In this document: one piece after another, positions 13,878 to 26,560 of the stretch | How the letters are laid out: every line of letters begins with the position of its first letter | How positions within the stretch are numbered: position 1 is the first letter of the stretch | Source: Marsupella aquatica | Taxonomy: Eukaryota; Plantae; Marchantiophyta | NCBI GenBank assembly: GCA_973895155.1 | Contig: OZ316898.1 | Location: 4,340,480-4,404,479 of the forward strand | DNA length: 64,000 bases | Direction: 5' to 3' | Made by a program: the position numbers and the translations under genes | The notes under the pieces: model-generated | What the model was told of the DNA's origin: nothing | Database searches by the model: none | What the model saw: the letters and a program-made list of their open reading frames with translations, nothing else

Positions 13878-16800
13878 TGTCTGTATGGTTTCCTTTTTGG
13901 TATATTTTTTGCACATCTACTGCTTAACGCAAATAATATCAGGAATAAAGCGGTTCTAGCACCTATCAGGTTAGAGAAAATTTAGAATCCTGAGTCCAGA
14001 AAAACAAAAACAAATACACCGTCGGTTGCCATAAAGACACAATAAACTTGACTGCCATTTTAAAGACACAACAAAAGGGAACAGTCAAAGCCTAAGCAGG
14101 GTTTGCAAATTCACTTTCTCCAGACGAGATTCATCGGGTTACTTTAAAAAATAAATCCTATCTCAAAAGAAAGTTAGGCTCTAGGCTCACTATGACTTCT
14201 ATGTCCAGTTGACTTATCTGTCTCTAGTTATTATCATTATAAATAAATAAATATAAATATGTGATTTAAAAATGACTACGGTATTGACTTCGTCACCCAA
14301 TTGGCCCACATTGTTTGTCTCCAAGAAGTTGGGGTTGTTCCTAGACAACTATAAAAAGTAAAAGTGACTCTAAACAAGACATGACACATTCAAACACGGA
14401 AGATAATCTTGATGAGGAAGTAGAGTAGGCTTTCGCTGTGGCCTCCCCATGCCCCCATCTCTATTGTAGCACCTTTTCTAAGTAAACTTCGTAATTTTCA
14501 GGGCATGATAGTAGGTCTCTGTTTATGCATCTGGTGCAAAATGTAACCCATGCGTCAGTTGGCATGTCCAATGCAACAGATCTGGTCAAGGCAGTTATGG
14601 ACAGTTTGATGAGCTCAACGACCTAGAATTCCTACTGATGCACACACCAACCACTCAGCCAGGTAACTAGGTAAGTTATGGATAAAACCCCACTGGTCCA
14701 TTCGTTCAAATGCAACCTACAAATTGCAGCCCAATCAACAACATCTGCGGGATTGATTTGATGCTTTCATCAAAATTTGGACATCCAGGCAGGATGCAGG
14801 TCAGTTGAAGGGCCCAGCCTACTTGTTGAGTGTAGCATTGCCCGGGGGAGAGGTGAAAGGCGGGACTGGGCTGTCATGTTGCAATACGGGGAAAGGAGGG
14901 AGGTCATTGCTGGTTATGGCGAGCCAGCCTCCTATAAACACTCCTGGACACTCTGTCTGGCAGACCGGTTGAGTGCTCTTAGTAGTTCAGCTCCCTGGTA
15001 CAGCTCATGACTTGCTCATGGACACTTTCCCCTTTTCAGTGTTCAACTTGAGTGGAATGATTTGGTGAGGCATGGGATACACCGAGACTTGGTTGCTTCA
15101 AGTTGGAGGTGATGGTGCGATTAATACATGTAGTTCAACAGAATTTAGGGACATTGTAATTTTCCACCTCACAACTTTGAATGGTGTGTGTCCAATGTGG
15201 CTTGCATTCAAGGACAATCCAAACTTAATGCCTCATAATTATAATATGAAATGTGCTCAAATGATACTCTAGTATGAACTAACATGAACCAGCAGACAAC
15301 AACTTAGTGGACACTTCCAGAGTGGTGCTTTCAGATATCATCAGAACAATACATATCAAGTGACCCATCCACTTGTAAATGGACTACACTGGATTCCCCA
15401 AAATGCTGATGTGTGTAGTATTGCTTTGGCCAAAGTTAAGACACCTTTTGATGGTTTTTTGAAGTGTCCTCTGGATCCATTCTCCTTTTTCCAAGACAAT
15501 ATTCAATGAATTACCGAACAGCTCTTTTGGTCAGGACACACTCTCCATGGGCCCCTGGGTCAGGTCCTCATAATTGCACATAAAAAATTACGTCCAGATA
15601 CATAGAATGAACCACTCTGTGATACAACAAAATGATCCTGGTTTATCCTGGTATGGAAAGTCTGTTCAACCTGTGGGCACTTGCCACTTAGCATAGTCCA
15701 CTGTATGCAACTGCTTTTCTATGTGCATTTATCACCAGGCCTCTGCGTCATGTATGGGAAAACACAAGTGTCATCTTGTTTTTGGTCAGTTAGCTCATGT
15801 AAAGTGCTCCTTATGATTCTAAGAGAGACTTTTTTTGGCCCTTACTTTATTTTTTCTTGAAGGAGCAGGAAAGTCCACTGTCTGCTTTACTTTATTCTAT
15901 TGATCTTGGGTGTCGTGTTTTGCACTCGTTGGGACTACCTTGGCATGACATGGTGGATTCCTTGTTTAATATTATGCAGCCAAGAGGAAGTGAAAACCTT
16001 TTCAGCAATGACATATGCATCAAAATCTGCTTTTGAATGAGCTTTACTAGTGTGGTTGAGAAATGTAGGCGTCATGCAGCAAAACACTCCCATATATTTT
16101 GAGGAAGGTGGCAATGGCGTAAGGGCACACAACGGCATGTGAAATAAAAGTGTACCTCTTCAACAAATTTGACTTCACAAAGTCATAAGAGATGGTAATT
16201 GAGGCCTGAATTAAACTGCTTACAAGAAACAAGTAGTCCAAAAGAGATAATTATGTTTTTATGTAATCAGAGATTTTCCCCCTTGTGATTTATTTCACAG
16301 GCTGGCCCCTCCTTTTTGCCCCAGCAAAAATAACCAAAAAAATGTAATCAGAGGACTGGCTGGGACAAAGAACATGGTCCAGATCAATCCTTGTCATCCA
16401 AACAAACTCACATCACCAGTTAAGTAACTCAACATCCTACTGGTTGTAACGGCACTGGAGATATGCCCTTCAATTGCCCTAGTATGCCAGGACCCACCCA
16501 ACTCCATTGTCAAACACAACATCCATTCATCTCTTGGTCGGAAACAAGGGCCCCATCCAATGTCAAGGATGGCTACCAGCTTGTGACACAGAGGATCAAA
16601 AGGAGAAGCCAAGAGGTCACCTAGAATCCCACCTCTCCAATCCCCATGGAAGTGTGCATGCTTGCAACAGCTTCTGATCCTACAAGGTGGTGGGTCAACC
16701 CAAGTAATTTGGAAATTCCTGCAGTATCCAATAATTTGGTTGAAGGTTTTCATGGATAAGAGGGATAAGTCACAAATGAATTCTAATGGTAAGAGAGATC

Positions 16801-17108
16801 AAAAGGCCAATTGCTCATTTCCCCTGCCAACTAGGGGGAAGCTGGCCAAGAAGAGAGGAGTGCTCTTGTGACCAGGTCAATTTGTAGTAGAATGCATCCA
16901 CTTTGGGAAAGAGATTCTGTTCTCACTTTGTAATATGCAACAAGTGCATGTTCACATTCACTTCTAGGACTCACAAGTTTAACAATTAATGGTGTCCTGT
17001 AACTCAGTGAACATTGGCCGGAAACAGGTATAGCCAGTTCCCTCTGCTAGAATAAAGAAAACATTTTAAGTGAGGTAACACTGCTGGTGAAATAAAAGAA
17101 ATTCCAAG

Positions 17109-17308
17109 TCACTAGAGGCGTCTGAACCCCACTTTTTGGGGGATGTGAATTAAAAGGGCTGAATGTCACCAGAGATATCTGAACCCCACTTTTGGAGGGA
17201 TGTGTGTTAAAAAGACTGATGATGCAAGCAAGTGTTGAACCGGAGACCTCTCGGCTGTGTGTTAAGAAGACTGATGATGCAAACAAGTGTTGAACCGGAG
17301 ACCTCTCT
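17109..17308. repeat. Two interleaved ~55-bp tandem duplications
   Basis: TCTGAACCCCACTTTT x2, then TGTGTGTTAA(A/G)AAGACTGATGATGCAA(G/A)CAAGTGTTGAACCGGAGACCTCTC x2. Confidence 0.8.
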
Positions 17309-17401
17309 CACCCCACTCTCATGTTCTATCGCCAAACTCATGGCCTGCTGGATGATGGTAATTGTACTTTCCACGTATTTACCTTTATTTTGCGGGCATC
17401 A

Positions 17402-19700
17402 TGTTAGGAATTGACTCGAGTTCCCGACTATAGTTAGTTTGGCCTTACTAGGGTTAATTGACCCTTGGTTAGTTTAGGATAAGATATTTAGGCCCACACA
17501 TCTTAGTCCCCCTTGGGGGGTATAGGTTGGAGGGAGAGCATTCTCTCCCTCATTCTTCACATGTTCAATCTCATAAGCTATGGATACTTTAGGAGTTTCT
17601 CCATGATCGTGGTGTCTTGTTGGTGTAGTGTGAGATTGAGTGCTTCATGTTCCGCATTGCTGTCTAGTCTGGAGCTGACGGTTTTCCTACAAGTGGTATC
17701 AGAGCTTCGTGTTCAACGTTCGGTTGCCTGGACAGTGGTGAGAGTATTCTTTGTGTTGAATCGTGGTGACGGATCAGATTGTTCTCAACAATTTGTGTGA
17801 TCGTGTCACTGGTCGTTGTGCACTGGAGGTATTGCGTTCAGAATGAGTGACGGTTTCCCGATTGAAACTTCAGATCAGAAGTGTCGGATGTGTCTCTAGT
17901 TTTCTGAATGTACTGTCAGGCGGACAATCTTGCGTTTCATTGTGTGCATTGGCGAGCACTTCGTCTCGATGAAATTTTCACAGCGTTTCATCCGGCGAGT
18001 GCGGAGCAATATTGTTTTACGTTTTGCTGTTTGTAGCCTAATCTCTTTGGCTATGGAGTCTTTGTGCTCGACTTGATCTCTTACCGGGTCTTGGGTTGAT
18101 GTTTTCTCGGGAAAACATCGATGTTCTTTTCTTTCTTCGTGGTTTTTCTCAATATTTTCTTCGTTCACCTCTTGGGTCGCGTTGCGCAACAATTTGCGGC
18201 GACGCCGACAATTTGTGTGGTGGAGTACGAGTGCAAGTACGCAGCCGCCGGGCACTGTAGCGGTGAGGTGTGGTTGTTACTTAGGGCAAACAGAAAATGA
18301 CAAGTGAACAGTGATTTTGTCCAGAAATCACGCCGTGTTTAGCGCTTGTTCTGAGTGGTGGTGAGAAATTTCTCCCACGGAACACTGTTCCATCACAGCT
18401 CAGTGGTGGTGAGATAGTCTCCCACGGAACATTGTTCCGTCGCGGTTCGTTGGTGGGGAAAAATAGTACCCACGGAACACCGTTCCGCGCCCTGGGCCCT
18501 TAGCTTAACTAATATGGGACCCCCCGTGCGAACAACTCAAGGGGTTTTAAATCCTTTTTTTGAATAATAGTTATAATCGCTTATAATGTAACAACCCTTT
18601 GTTTTATTGGGTTCCATGTTATAATGAACCAAGGTGATCTAAAAAGTAGGGTTCGAGTAGTTGTATGTAAGGGTAAAGCATATAGGGCCGCCACACGTCA
18701 ATACTCATTCATCCACGTGTCATTACATCCTTGGTTTGGGGTGTGCAAACACATTTGAATTTTTGGGGGATAAGAGAAATTTTGCCTTTAGGGGGTCTCG
18801 TGTACCATTTATGGATGACCAAAATGGTCTGCCGTTGATCTCTTTGATGCTCTATATCAAACGGTGCAGGGGTATATATGGCCTTGTAGGGCCCCCAAAG
18901 AAGGAGGAGGTGAAGTAGACACCGTTGTTCAATGCGTGTTGCGTCAGATGGGGATTCTATGATGCCACAAGTGATAGAGAGAGAGTCTCAATCTAGAGTC
19001 ACTTATGTACCTCGGTGTATATTTATCACTTCTAGTGATCAAAGAATTGGTTTAAATGTAATAAGTTTTCCAATGCTTTAGACTCAAAGGATAACTTTCC
19101 TGTAAACGATGATGAATATGCTCAACAAACTATGGGACAAACTTAAGTGCAATGTGGACTTACGGTTTTCATAGATGACAGCGTAGGATGTTTACAACTT
19201 AAATTTGGATACTTGTATGAGTTTGTTTGACTCTTAAATGCCTCGACTCCTACCTTCTTGCGAGGAAGTGTGTACATAAAGAATATGTTGTTCCTATTTT
19301 TGCTTTTGATAATGTGAAATGTTTATTCCAATCTGTTTGACTTAGAATCTCTTTGATAGAATTTTTTTTATAACACCTGAAGAGCATATTTAATGTCATT
19401 TTGATGAAGTTTATAATAGCCTAAAGGGCTTTCTTAATGACCCAAAAGTAATTTATTAATATAATAAGAGCTTTTTAAAAGGGCAACAAATAGTACTGAA
19501 GGGGGTTGGAGGGGAGGGGCGTTCACAGGCCGGTTCCATTAATATACACGGAGTAAGGGCCCAGGGGTTCCGCGGCAACTTGGTGGTGGGAAAAAACAGT
19601 GACCCACAAAACACCGTTCCGCGGCAGCTTTGCGGTGGGGAAAAACAGGGACCAACCTCAGCAGGTGGTGTGAATGGGGCTGAACCAGCTTCACTCATTC
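17402..19700 (+). mobile_element. Truncated LTR retrotransposon: 5' LTR (17402-17691), tRNA-iMet PBS (17694-17705) and leader with ~48-bp repeats
   Basis: LTR bounded by TGTTAGGAA ... TTCCTACA and followed after 2 nt by TGGTATCAGAGC, the canonical iMet PBS. No second LTR or pol seen; right boundary approximate. Confidence 0.75.
18490..19566. mobile_element. Non-autonomous TIR DNA transposon with 8-bp TSD (hAT-like), nested in the LTR element
   Basis: Perfect 13-bp TIR CCCTGGGCCCTTA / TAAGGGCCCAGGG, flanked by GTTCCGCG at 18482-18489 and 19567-19574. It interrupts the GGTGGTG...CCCACGGAACAC.GTTCC repeat array. Confidence 0.88.
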
Positions 19701-21239
19701 AACCAATCATCCACGGAGACTTCACTGAGCAGAGAGAGGTTTCAAAAGGAGAACTTCTCCGCAATATCACTACATAACTAGTGAGTCTTTGGTTGACACT
19801 TTGTGCTCAACCATGGGACACTGGGCAGACTTTTCCCAAATGATTATTTTGAAAGTGTCAATTCATCTCAGGATTGTCAAAATGGCCTGGGCAAGTTCCT
19901 CCATTTGCAGACTTACATTTGTCGTCCTCTAGACTAATCTGTGGTTAGATCTACATGAGTTCAAACTGATCTCAAAGTTGCAACTTTCTGTGCGTTTCCT
20001 GATCACATGAAGCTCAAAACGTTTTGAGGAATTTGTGTCCAAATAAACACAATAAGGAGCACCACGTTTAGGGATAAGGTTATTACACTATACAATTTTG
20101 TCGGCTTGTACTTGGATTGGTATACAGGAAGATGCCAAGCACCTTAGATTGTGTGGAGAACAAAAGAGCTACACGTACCTTATTGCCTGTACTATGCACT
20201 AATAATTCTCAAGATGGTGTACAGAAGAAAGAATTAGAGATAAAGTAGATATTCTGTGTACCTAGGTATCTACTTCTATAATATGTAATGCCGCCAAAAA
20301 GTTCTTTCGTCTGCTTACAAATTTAGAAATGGAGGGAACAAACCTGAGCCGTCAGATTTTTTCAAAGATTTTTTTGTACTCTTGGATTGATTGACCAGGT
20401 ATGTCAAATGATATGCTCATTTTAATAGTAAAATACAAAGTATAGGAGATGATACTGATCTGACATCGTATATGAGAAGATATTTATGTGACATCATCTT
20501 AATTAAATGTGTTTGTTTTTTCAAATATGAAAGTACACACGAATGGAAGGAGAATCTTTTGGGGCATGAGAAACTCTGGGATTTTTGCAGAGCCTATGAG
20601 ACTCTAGAAGGAAGGAAAATGGGTTAATTTTCTCCTTCTTTTTCTTCTTTGTATTTAGTTGTACATTTTTCTGCTTATTTAATGGTGCCAATGTAAGAAA
20701 AAAGGGAGTAATGGTGTTGAATTGGAGTGTAAAATTAGGAAAAACGGGGAGAGAAAAAATTAAAATATTCCCCTCCCAATAGTATCAAAGTACCAGGGGC
20801 CATCATTTCTCTTGCACTCGCTCTCACCATCCACATCCTTGCTCTCCCCAACAATATAGTTTTCACAACAAAACAATTTTTTCTTCCAAAATAAAATTAA
20901 AATGCAAAAGCAAAGTCAAATGTTTTTACATATTTTGATTATCTTTTTTTTTTGTTCTATGTTTTATAGAAAATCAGTCCCAAATTTGTTATTCCATCTA
21001 TACCTCCAACATTCTCTTTGAAAATCATGGCCAGAGTGACTTCAACGTCATAATGGCGAGATGGTCGCAACAACATATGAGATGTCTAAACAACGTTATT
21101 GCCTTGCTTACATTAATTTGCATTATCTACAATTCTTTGGCTCACTTGCATCTTATAGCATTTCTTTACCTCGAGTCAAAATGTTCTCAAATCTTTGCCT
21201 CAATGCAATGTACATTAAGCATGCCTTGACATTTTTGTC

Positions 21240-21855
21240 TTCTTTTGCCTTCACATCTTTGCCTTGCCTACATCTTTTGCTTCTCTCAAAATGTTTTTAT
21301 CTCTTTCACTCACGTTGACATCTTTTCTCTCCTCGATTTTTTTCTCTTCTCAAAATCTTTTTCTCATCTCACCATCTTTTTCTCTCTTTGACATATTTTC
21401 TCATCTCAACATTTTTTGCTCACCTCAACATTTTTTTCTCACCTTGGCATCTTTTGTTCACCTTGGCATATTGTCTCTCCTTGAAATCTTTTGCTCTCCT
21501 CAACATCTTTTGCTTACCATGACATCTTTTCTCTCCTTTACATGTTTTATCACCTTGACATCGTTTGCTCACCTTGAATCTTTTATCACCTTGACATGTT
21601 TTTTTCTCTCTTTGACATATTTTGTCACCTCGACATCTTTCGTGCGACGCACGGGCATTGGGTTCTTGCAGGAAAACATGCTTACATTTATCACCTTGAC
21701 ATCTTTTGCTCGCCTTGACATCTTTTTCTCTCTTTGACATGTTTTATCACTTGGACATCTTTTGCTTACCTTGATAGTTTTCTCTCCTCGACATCTTTTG
21801 TTCACTTTGACATCATTTATCTCCTCGACATCTTTGGTCGGCTCGACATCTTTCA
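21240..21855. repeat. ~19-20-bp minisatellite (CACCTTGACATCTTTT..) within Helitron
   Basis: Many degenerate units ending GACATCTTTT. Confidence 0.9.
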
Positions 21856-22307
21856 TGCAATGCACGGGCATTGAGTTATTGCAAGAAAATATGCAGGGAC
21901 CCTTACATTTATCCCACGGATTCTGTTGACATATGACAAATCACTTCCTTTTTTATTACATAGGGTCCAATTTCCCATTTGAGTGGCATATGCAATGACC
22001 ATAAACCGGGCCACAAACTAAGTTCAGGGTCTGTTAGACTTTAGAACATGTACTAGGGTTACAACTTTCAAAGCCCTTGCATTTAGGCACGGACAGTTGT
22101 ATGCAGCATTTCAAGGGCAATATCTCCTACAACTATCAAGGTTTTACTTTCGGATTGCAAAGAGGGTCAAGCAAGGTTGACAAAAAAATTGGATATGATG
22201 AGGTTCTTTATTGAACGGGTGAATTAAGATTCTATCACTTTAATTTGTATTAATCTGTTTGACTTTTAATTTGCCTGAATACATGTTTGCAATGCACAAC
22301 CATGTTT

Positions 22308-22550
22308 GCCTCGCCTCAAATTGTTACCTTACCCTCACCTCAAAATCTTACCCTCTCCTCGACATCTTGCCCTCACCTCCAAATCTTACCCTCACCTCGA
22401 CATCTTGCCCTCTCCTCGACATCTTGCCCTCTCCTTGACATCTTGCCCTCACTTCAACATCTTGCCCTCGCCTCCAAATCTTGCCCTCACCTCGACATCT
22501 TGCCCTCGCCTCCAAATCTTGCCCTCACCTCGACATCTTGCCTTCACTCG
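22308..22550. repeat. 19-bp minisatellite CTCACCTCGACATCTTGCC / CTCGCCTCCAAATCTTGCC within Helitron
   Basis: About a dozen well-conserved 19-bp units directly before the last Helitron hairpin. Confidence 0.92.
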
Positions 22551-22777
22551 AAGTCTTTCGTGCAACGCACAGGCATGGGACTAGTTGTTTTATAATTCTC
22601 TTTGAAGAGCAAGCAACAGTGAGCTCTCATTTATCTACAGGGCATCTTTAGTACCAACTTGTTTACTCAACAGTTAATTACATTGTCTCTAAAACAGAGG
22701 GTTTTCAGCTTATTTTGCCATTTTCAAAACTTGAATATTAGAAAAATGCACCTTGAGACATTTTCCATTTACTTTCA

Positions 22778-23255
22778 TTTTTTTTTGAGAAACGATGGGA
22801 AAATTGTACCCAAGAACAACCAACAGAACAGCAACTTTGCAACCATCCAGGGACCTAGGATTTGGGAAGAACCCACACTCTATAACACGACAGAAAAACT
22901 ACAACAAGGCCACATTGGTTGAAGAGGCCAAATGCCCAAGGCCCCTGCCCAATCCCAAACAAGGACGAGAAACAGCACCCAAACCACAAAATCTACCACC
23001 AAAATATTCATCACATCCAGAGCCACCAGGGTGCAGTCAGCGGGTTGAGAAAAGAAAAGCCCGAATCAGCCCGAGGAAAAGGTCCGTGAGAAACAAGGAA
23101 GCCCGACCCCAAACTAATACTGGTCGTTGAGAGAATCCCAAGAGTGGAGCCACCAAAGATGCTGTAGCACCTACTAACAAAGAGTTTGGCATGGTGCATA
23201 AAACCGCACACAAGGTGCTGGTTTGATCTTTTGGCTAGGTAAAAGCTTGAAGAGA
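22778..23255 (-). mobile_element. Probable 5'-truncated LINE 3' tail
   Basis: Poly-T at 22778-22787 followed by an A/C-rich tract (GT-rich on the minus strand); imperfect flanking repeat TACTTTCATT / TACTTACATT. Confidence 0.4.
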
Positions 23256-26159
23256 GTACTTACATTCAAATTGTTACAAAGCAGATCAGCTCAGGGGAGG
23301 ACGTACTCCTGGATCTTTAGACAGTTTGTTACCACCCTATGACAATGGGTGTTCTGACTCAGAATCACCTTGGGCGATTATAAACCAGGCACAACCATCA
23401 TGGTGTGTGGTGATTCTTCTCTTTACTGTGCACATAGCCCAGACAAGGGTGAATGTCTCTATGTGTCATTGTTAATTTCTGGATCTCATTAACAAATTTT
23501 CTGGATCTCATTAACAAATTGTTGAGGAATTACCTGCCTCAAGAAGATTTAATATTTTATTATTATTAATGTTTGGGACCTCATTGAGTAAATGTTGTAG
23601 AGCACTTATGAAATGCAAAATTTATGACTGTTGTAAGAATCTTGACGTAAACAGTGACTTTTTATTGTATGCAATGTGTTAAAAATACAAAAACTAAATC
23701 CAAAGAATAAAGTTCTGTTGTTGCAATATCTGCTGATATAAAAATGGGATCATGCCAGAGAGACAATTGTTGCTTGGACCAGACAACCTTCCATAAAAAA
23801 ACTCTTGTACGTACAACATAGATATTGTGTTGAAAATTAACATTGTCAAGAAGGTGTTCTGGTTTATAATAGCCGGAAGGTGCATCATTCGCGTCGTGCC
23901 GCTAGTTATATCTTGTTGGTCAAAACTACCAGTTGGGAACTGTGAGGTCTAATCTTCAAATTGTAACCTGGTAACCTCCGGGTTTTGTGCAATACAAGAA
24001 AATCAATAACCCTGCTGAGGGTAGTAAATCCTGAGAGAACTTGGGTTTCGGCTAAAGGGTTCAAATGCAGTGGTGGCAGTATTAATGGTGTTTAATTTCT
24101 CTCTATTGTTCCACTGGGGCCAAAATGTAGCAACCATGTATTATTTTCTGCATAATCATTGGCAGTTTGGGTACAATATCTTCAATAAGGTAATACTCTT
24201 TGGCATCCTTCTTTGCTAATTGTTTATATGACTATGGAAATAATTAGCATGGAGCTTGCATAGTGGTCTCAAAGTCCTTACACAATTTAAAGATATGAAA
24301 TGGTACTGAAATGGGGGAAAACGTTTTTCAGGTGGGAGTTTACCCGGATGTTACTCTCTAATTAGCCAATTTGACCCAAAACCCGGGGGAAGAAGAAACA
24401 GGTTGTTAGAGTGTCTTGACAAATGAAGGGATGCAAGGAACCAATCAGTCCTCAGAGACGGAGTGATTCTGCTTCCACTATGCACCATTTTCTTCAATTC
24501 AATTCTAGGTACCTCTAGGTATTTTGAGAATCATTGGAAAATGATAAGAGACATGTGTAAAACTTGATTTTTATACTCAGTGTGATGTGATACAAATCAT
24601 CTTACTAGTAGCAATGTAATTCAGTTCGGCCTTTTGTGACGAAATCCTTTGGTCACGTCCGGGTTATTAACTTTTTCCAAAACGGGGATGATAATTCTGT
24701 AATCAAAGCACATTACACAAGTGGCTTTCATGCGTTGACGTGCTCTGGCCCGCCGACACGGTAGGCCATGGCTCCCTGGTCCAGCGCCGTTCACGCCGTC
24801 CGGCACCGTTGCAATGGTTGCATGGTTGCCTCACATAGCTCATTGGACGCGTCGCACGAACCCGAAAGGGCCGGACGGCGGTGTTTTGGGAACCCGGGCC
24901 AGCTCGGCCCTCCCTGATGGCAAAGGGGGGAAAAAGCTCGGCTTTGCGTACGGTGAAAAACGGGAGAAAGTGGCAGCTCGTCCCTGGCCACGGGCAACAC
25001 TAAGAAAAAGGGTCAGCTGAGTTTCGCGAAATTCGATCTTGGACCGGATGGTCCGGATCGGTGCGTTTCGGTACTGTGCAGGTACGTTTAGCTTTCACGA
25101 TTAATTCACGTCGGTACTGCAGTGCTCAATCGAGGCCGTCCCTTTCTCCGTATCACGGCTGGGATCCATCCTCGATTCGTGTCCATTTGTGTCATTGTTT
25201 TTCACACGAACATATGAAGCGCAAGAAAATTCTTTTTGCTGTGCTCTTAATGACCGTGATTGTTACCTTTTGTCTTTTGATTTACTGTATTAATTATTAC
25301 GCTTTGAGTTTACCGTCAATTCGGGAAAAGGACGAGTCGGATGGATTAACATAAAGTGAAAACGTACAAACTCATGCAGTAACACCTATACTTTCATTCA
25401 AGGATACTTTTCTTGGTTCCAAAATCATTGTTTCCATTTAGTTTCCAGTCCTTATTAGAAACGGCTTGGAAACCTATCTATTCATTGATGAACACTTTTC
25501 TTGGTTCCAAAATCATAGTTTTATTTATTTAGTTGTCACAGAAGGCTTAGAAAGTTCTTCCCAGTGAGTTTAATATTGTCAAAATTCATTGAAAGTTGAA
25601 GTAATTATAAATTTCCAAATATTTGTATCTAAAGTAGTTTTCTTGTCACATTTGAATTTCTAATTAACTAGCCTGACTACTGATACATTTGAACATAACT
25701 ATAAGTGAGAAAAACACATACATTGCAAGAAAGATTCTTTAGTATTGACACTCATTTTTATATGTCATTATTCTTTGCACCCTCACTTTCACTTAACGCA
25801 GACAAAGTTATGGTCTAGAGATTTCACTCGAGACCTAGACCATAAAAGTAAGTTTCTATCCGATATTACTAGTAAGATATGGGAACAAAAAAGAGAGACT
25901 TGTTCCAATTGATGGATGTTGCACAAATTCAAGTGAATAGCTGTGCAGAAGTGGATGTTCATCAGGGGTCCAATTATTCCAGAAAAGCAGTCAGAGTAAC
26001 ATTTTGTTGGGTTTTTGAAGCACTATTATGGAGATTTCCATCGCCATAACTGGCAGGGGTAAATATCCTGAAAAATAATCACTTAAAAAAAATTTGTATT
26101 CATAATACGAAATCAGAATTCTGGGCTGCTGGGGTGATTAATTATTTTACTTGGTGTCT

Positions 26160-26560
26160 CACGGGCAGGGAAGGGCAGGCTAGGGTACAGGGACGACCGG
26201 AAAAGGGAAGGACAGTAATAATAAGTCGAGGCAGAGGTAGGAATGGAGTGGGGCAGCAGAGACGGTGGGGCCCAAAGAAATCAAAGAATGTCAGGGCAGG
26301 GACTGGCAGGCACGGCCGGGCAGAGATTCAGAGATGACCAGAACACGCAGGCGAGGCAGGCAGCTGGGCAGGATCTCAGGTTGAGACAGGGTGGGCAGTG
26401 AGCTAGAAAAGGTAATGAGCGCGGGGGGCAGTCAGGGCCGGGCAGGAGAAGCGCAGGGCAGGGAGTGTCGGGCAGTCGGGCAGTGGTGCAGGGGGCAGAG
26501 CTGGGCAGGAAAGTTCGGGCACGAGGAGGAAGACTGAAGACTGAAGACTGGGAGGCTTGA
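26160..26560. repeat. Purine-rich GGGCA(G) low-complexity tract upstream of the ETO1 leader
   Basis: Dense GGGCAG/GGCAGG units, strongly G-skewed. Confidence 0.7.

Larger units (their letters stand above)
20269..22584 (+). mobile_element. Non-autonomous Helitron with internal minisatellites
   Basis: A|TCTACTTCTATAATA 5' end; 3' hairpin GTGCAACGCAC followed by ...GGGACTAG|T; no TSD. Homologous to the inverted copy at 48608-51979. Confidence 0.85.

Noticed and set aside
14400-16800. Possible highly decayed LINE ORF2 on the minus strand (hints such as DQWGFI, DWAAIC)
   Set aside because: The motif resemblance is too weak and broken to support without a translated search.
21240-22550. CRISPR-like appearance of the short regular repeats
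   Set aside because: Units are contiguous with no unique spacers, the context is eukaryotic, and there are no cas genes.
21061-22595. Repetitive ORFs (e.g. 21264-21737, 22287-22595, 22306-22584) and their counterparts at 49096-49669
   Set aside because: They are translations of 19-20-bp minisatellites; the same peptide appears in several frames, so they are not genes.
24618-25350. GC-rich segment with weakly inverted ends resembling 40405-40445
   Set aside because: Terminal similarity is too imperfect and no TSD was found.
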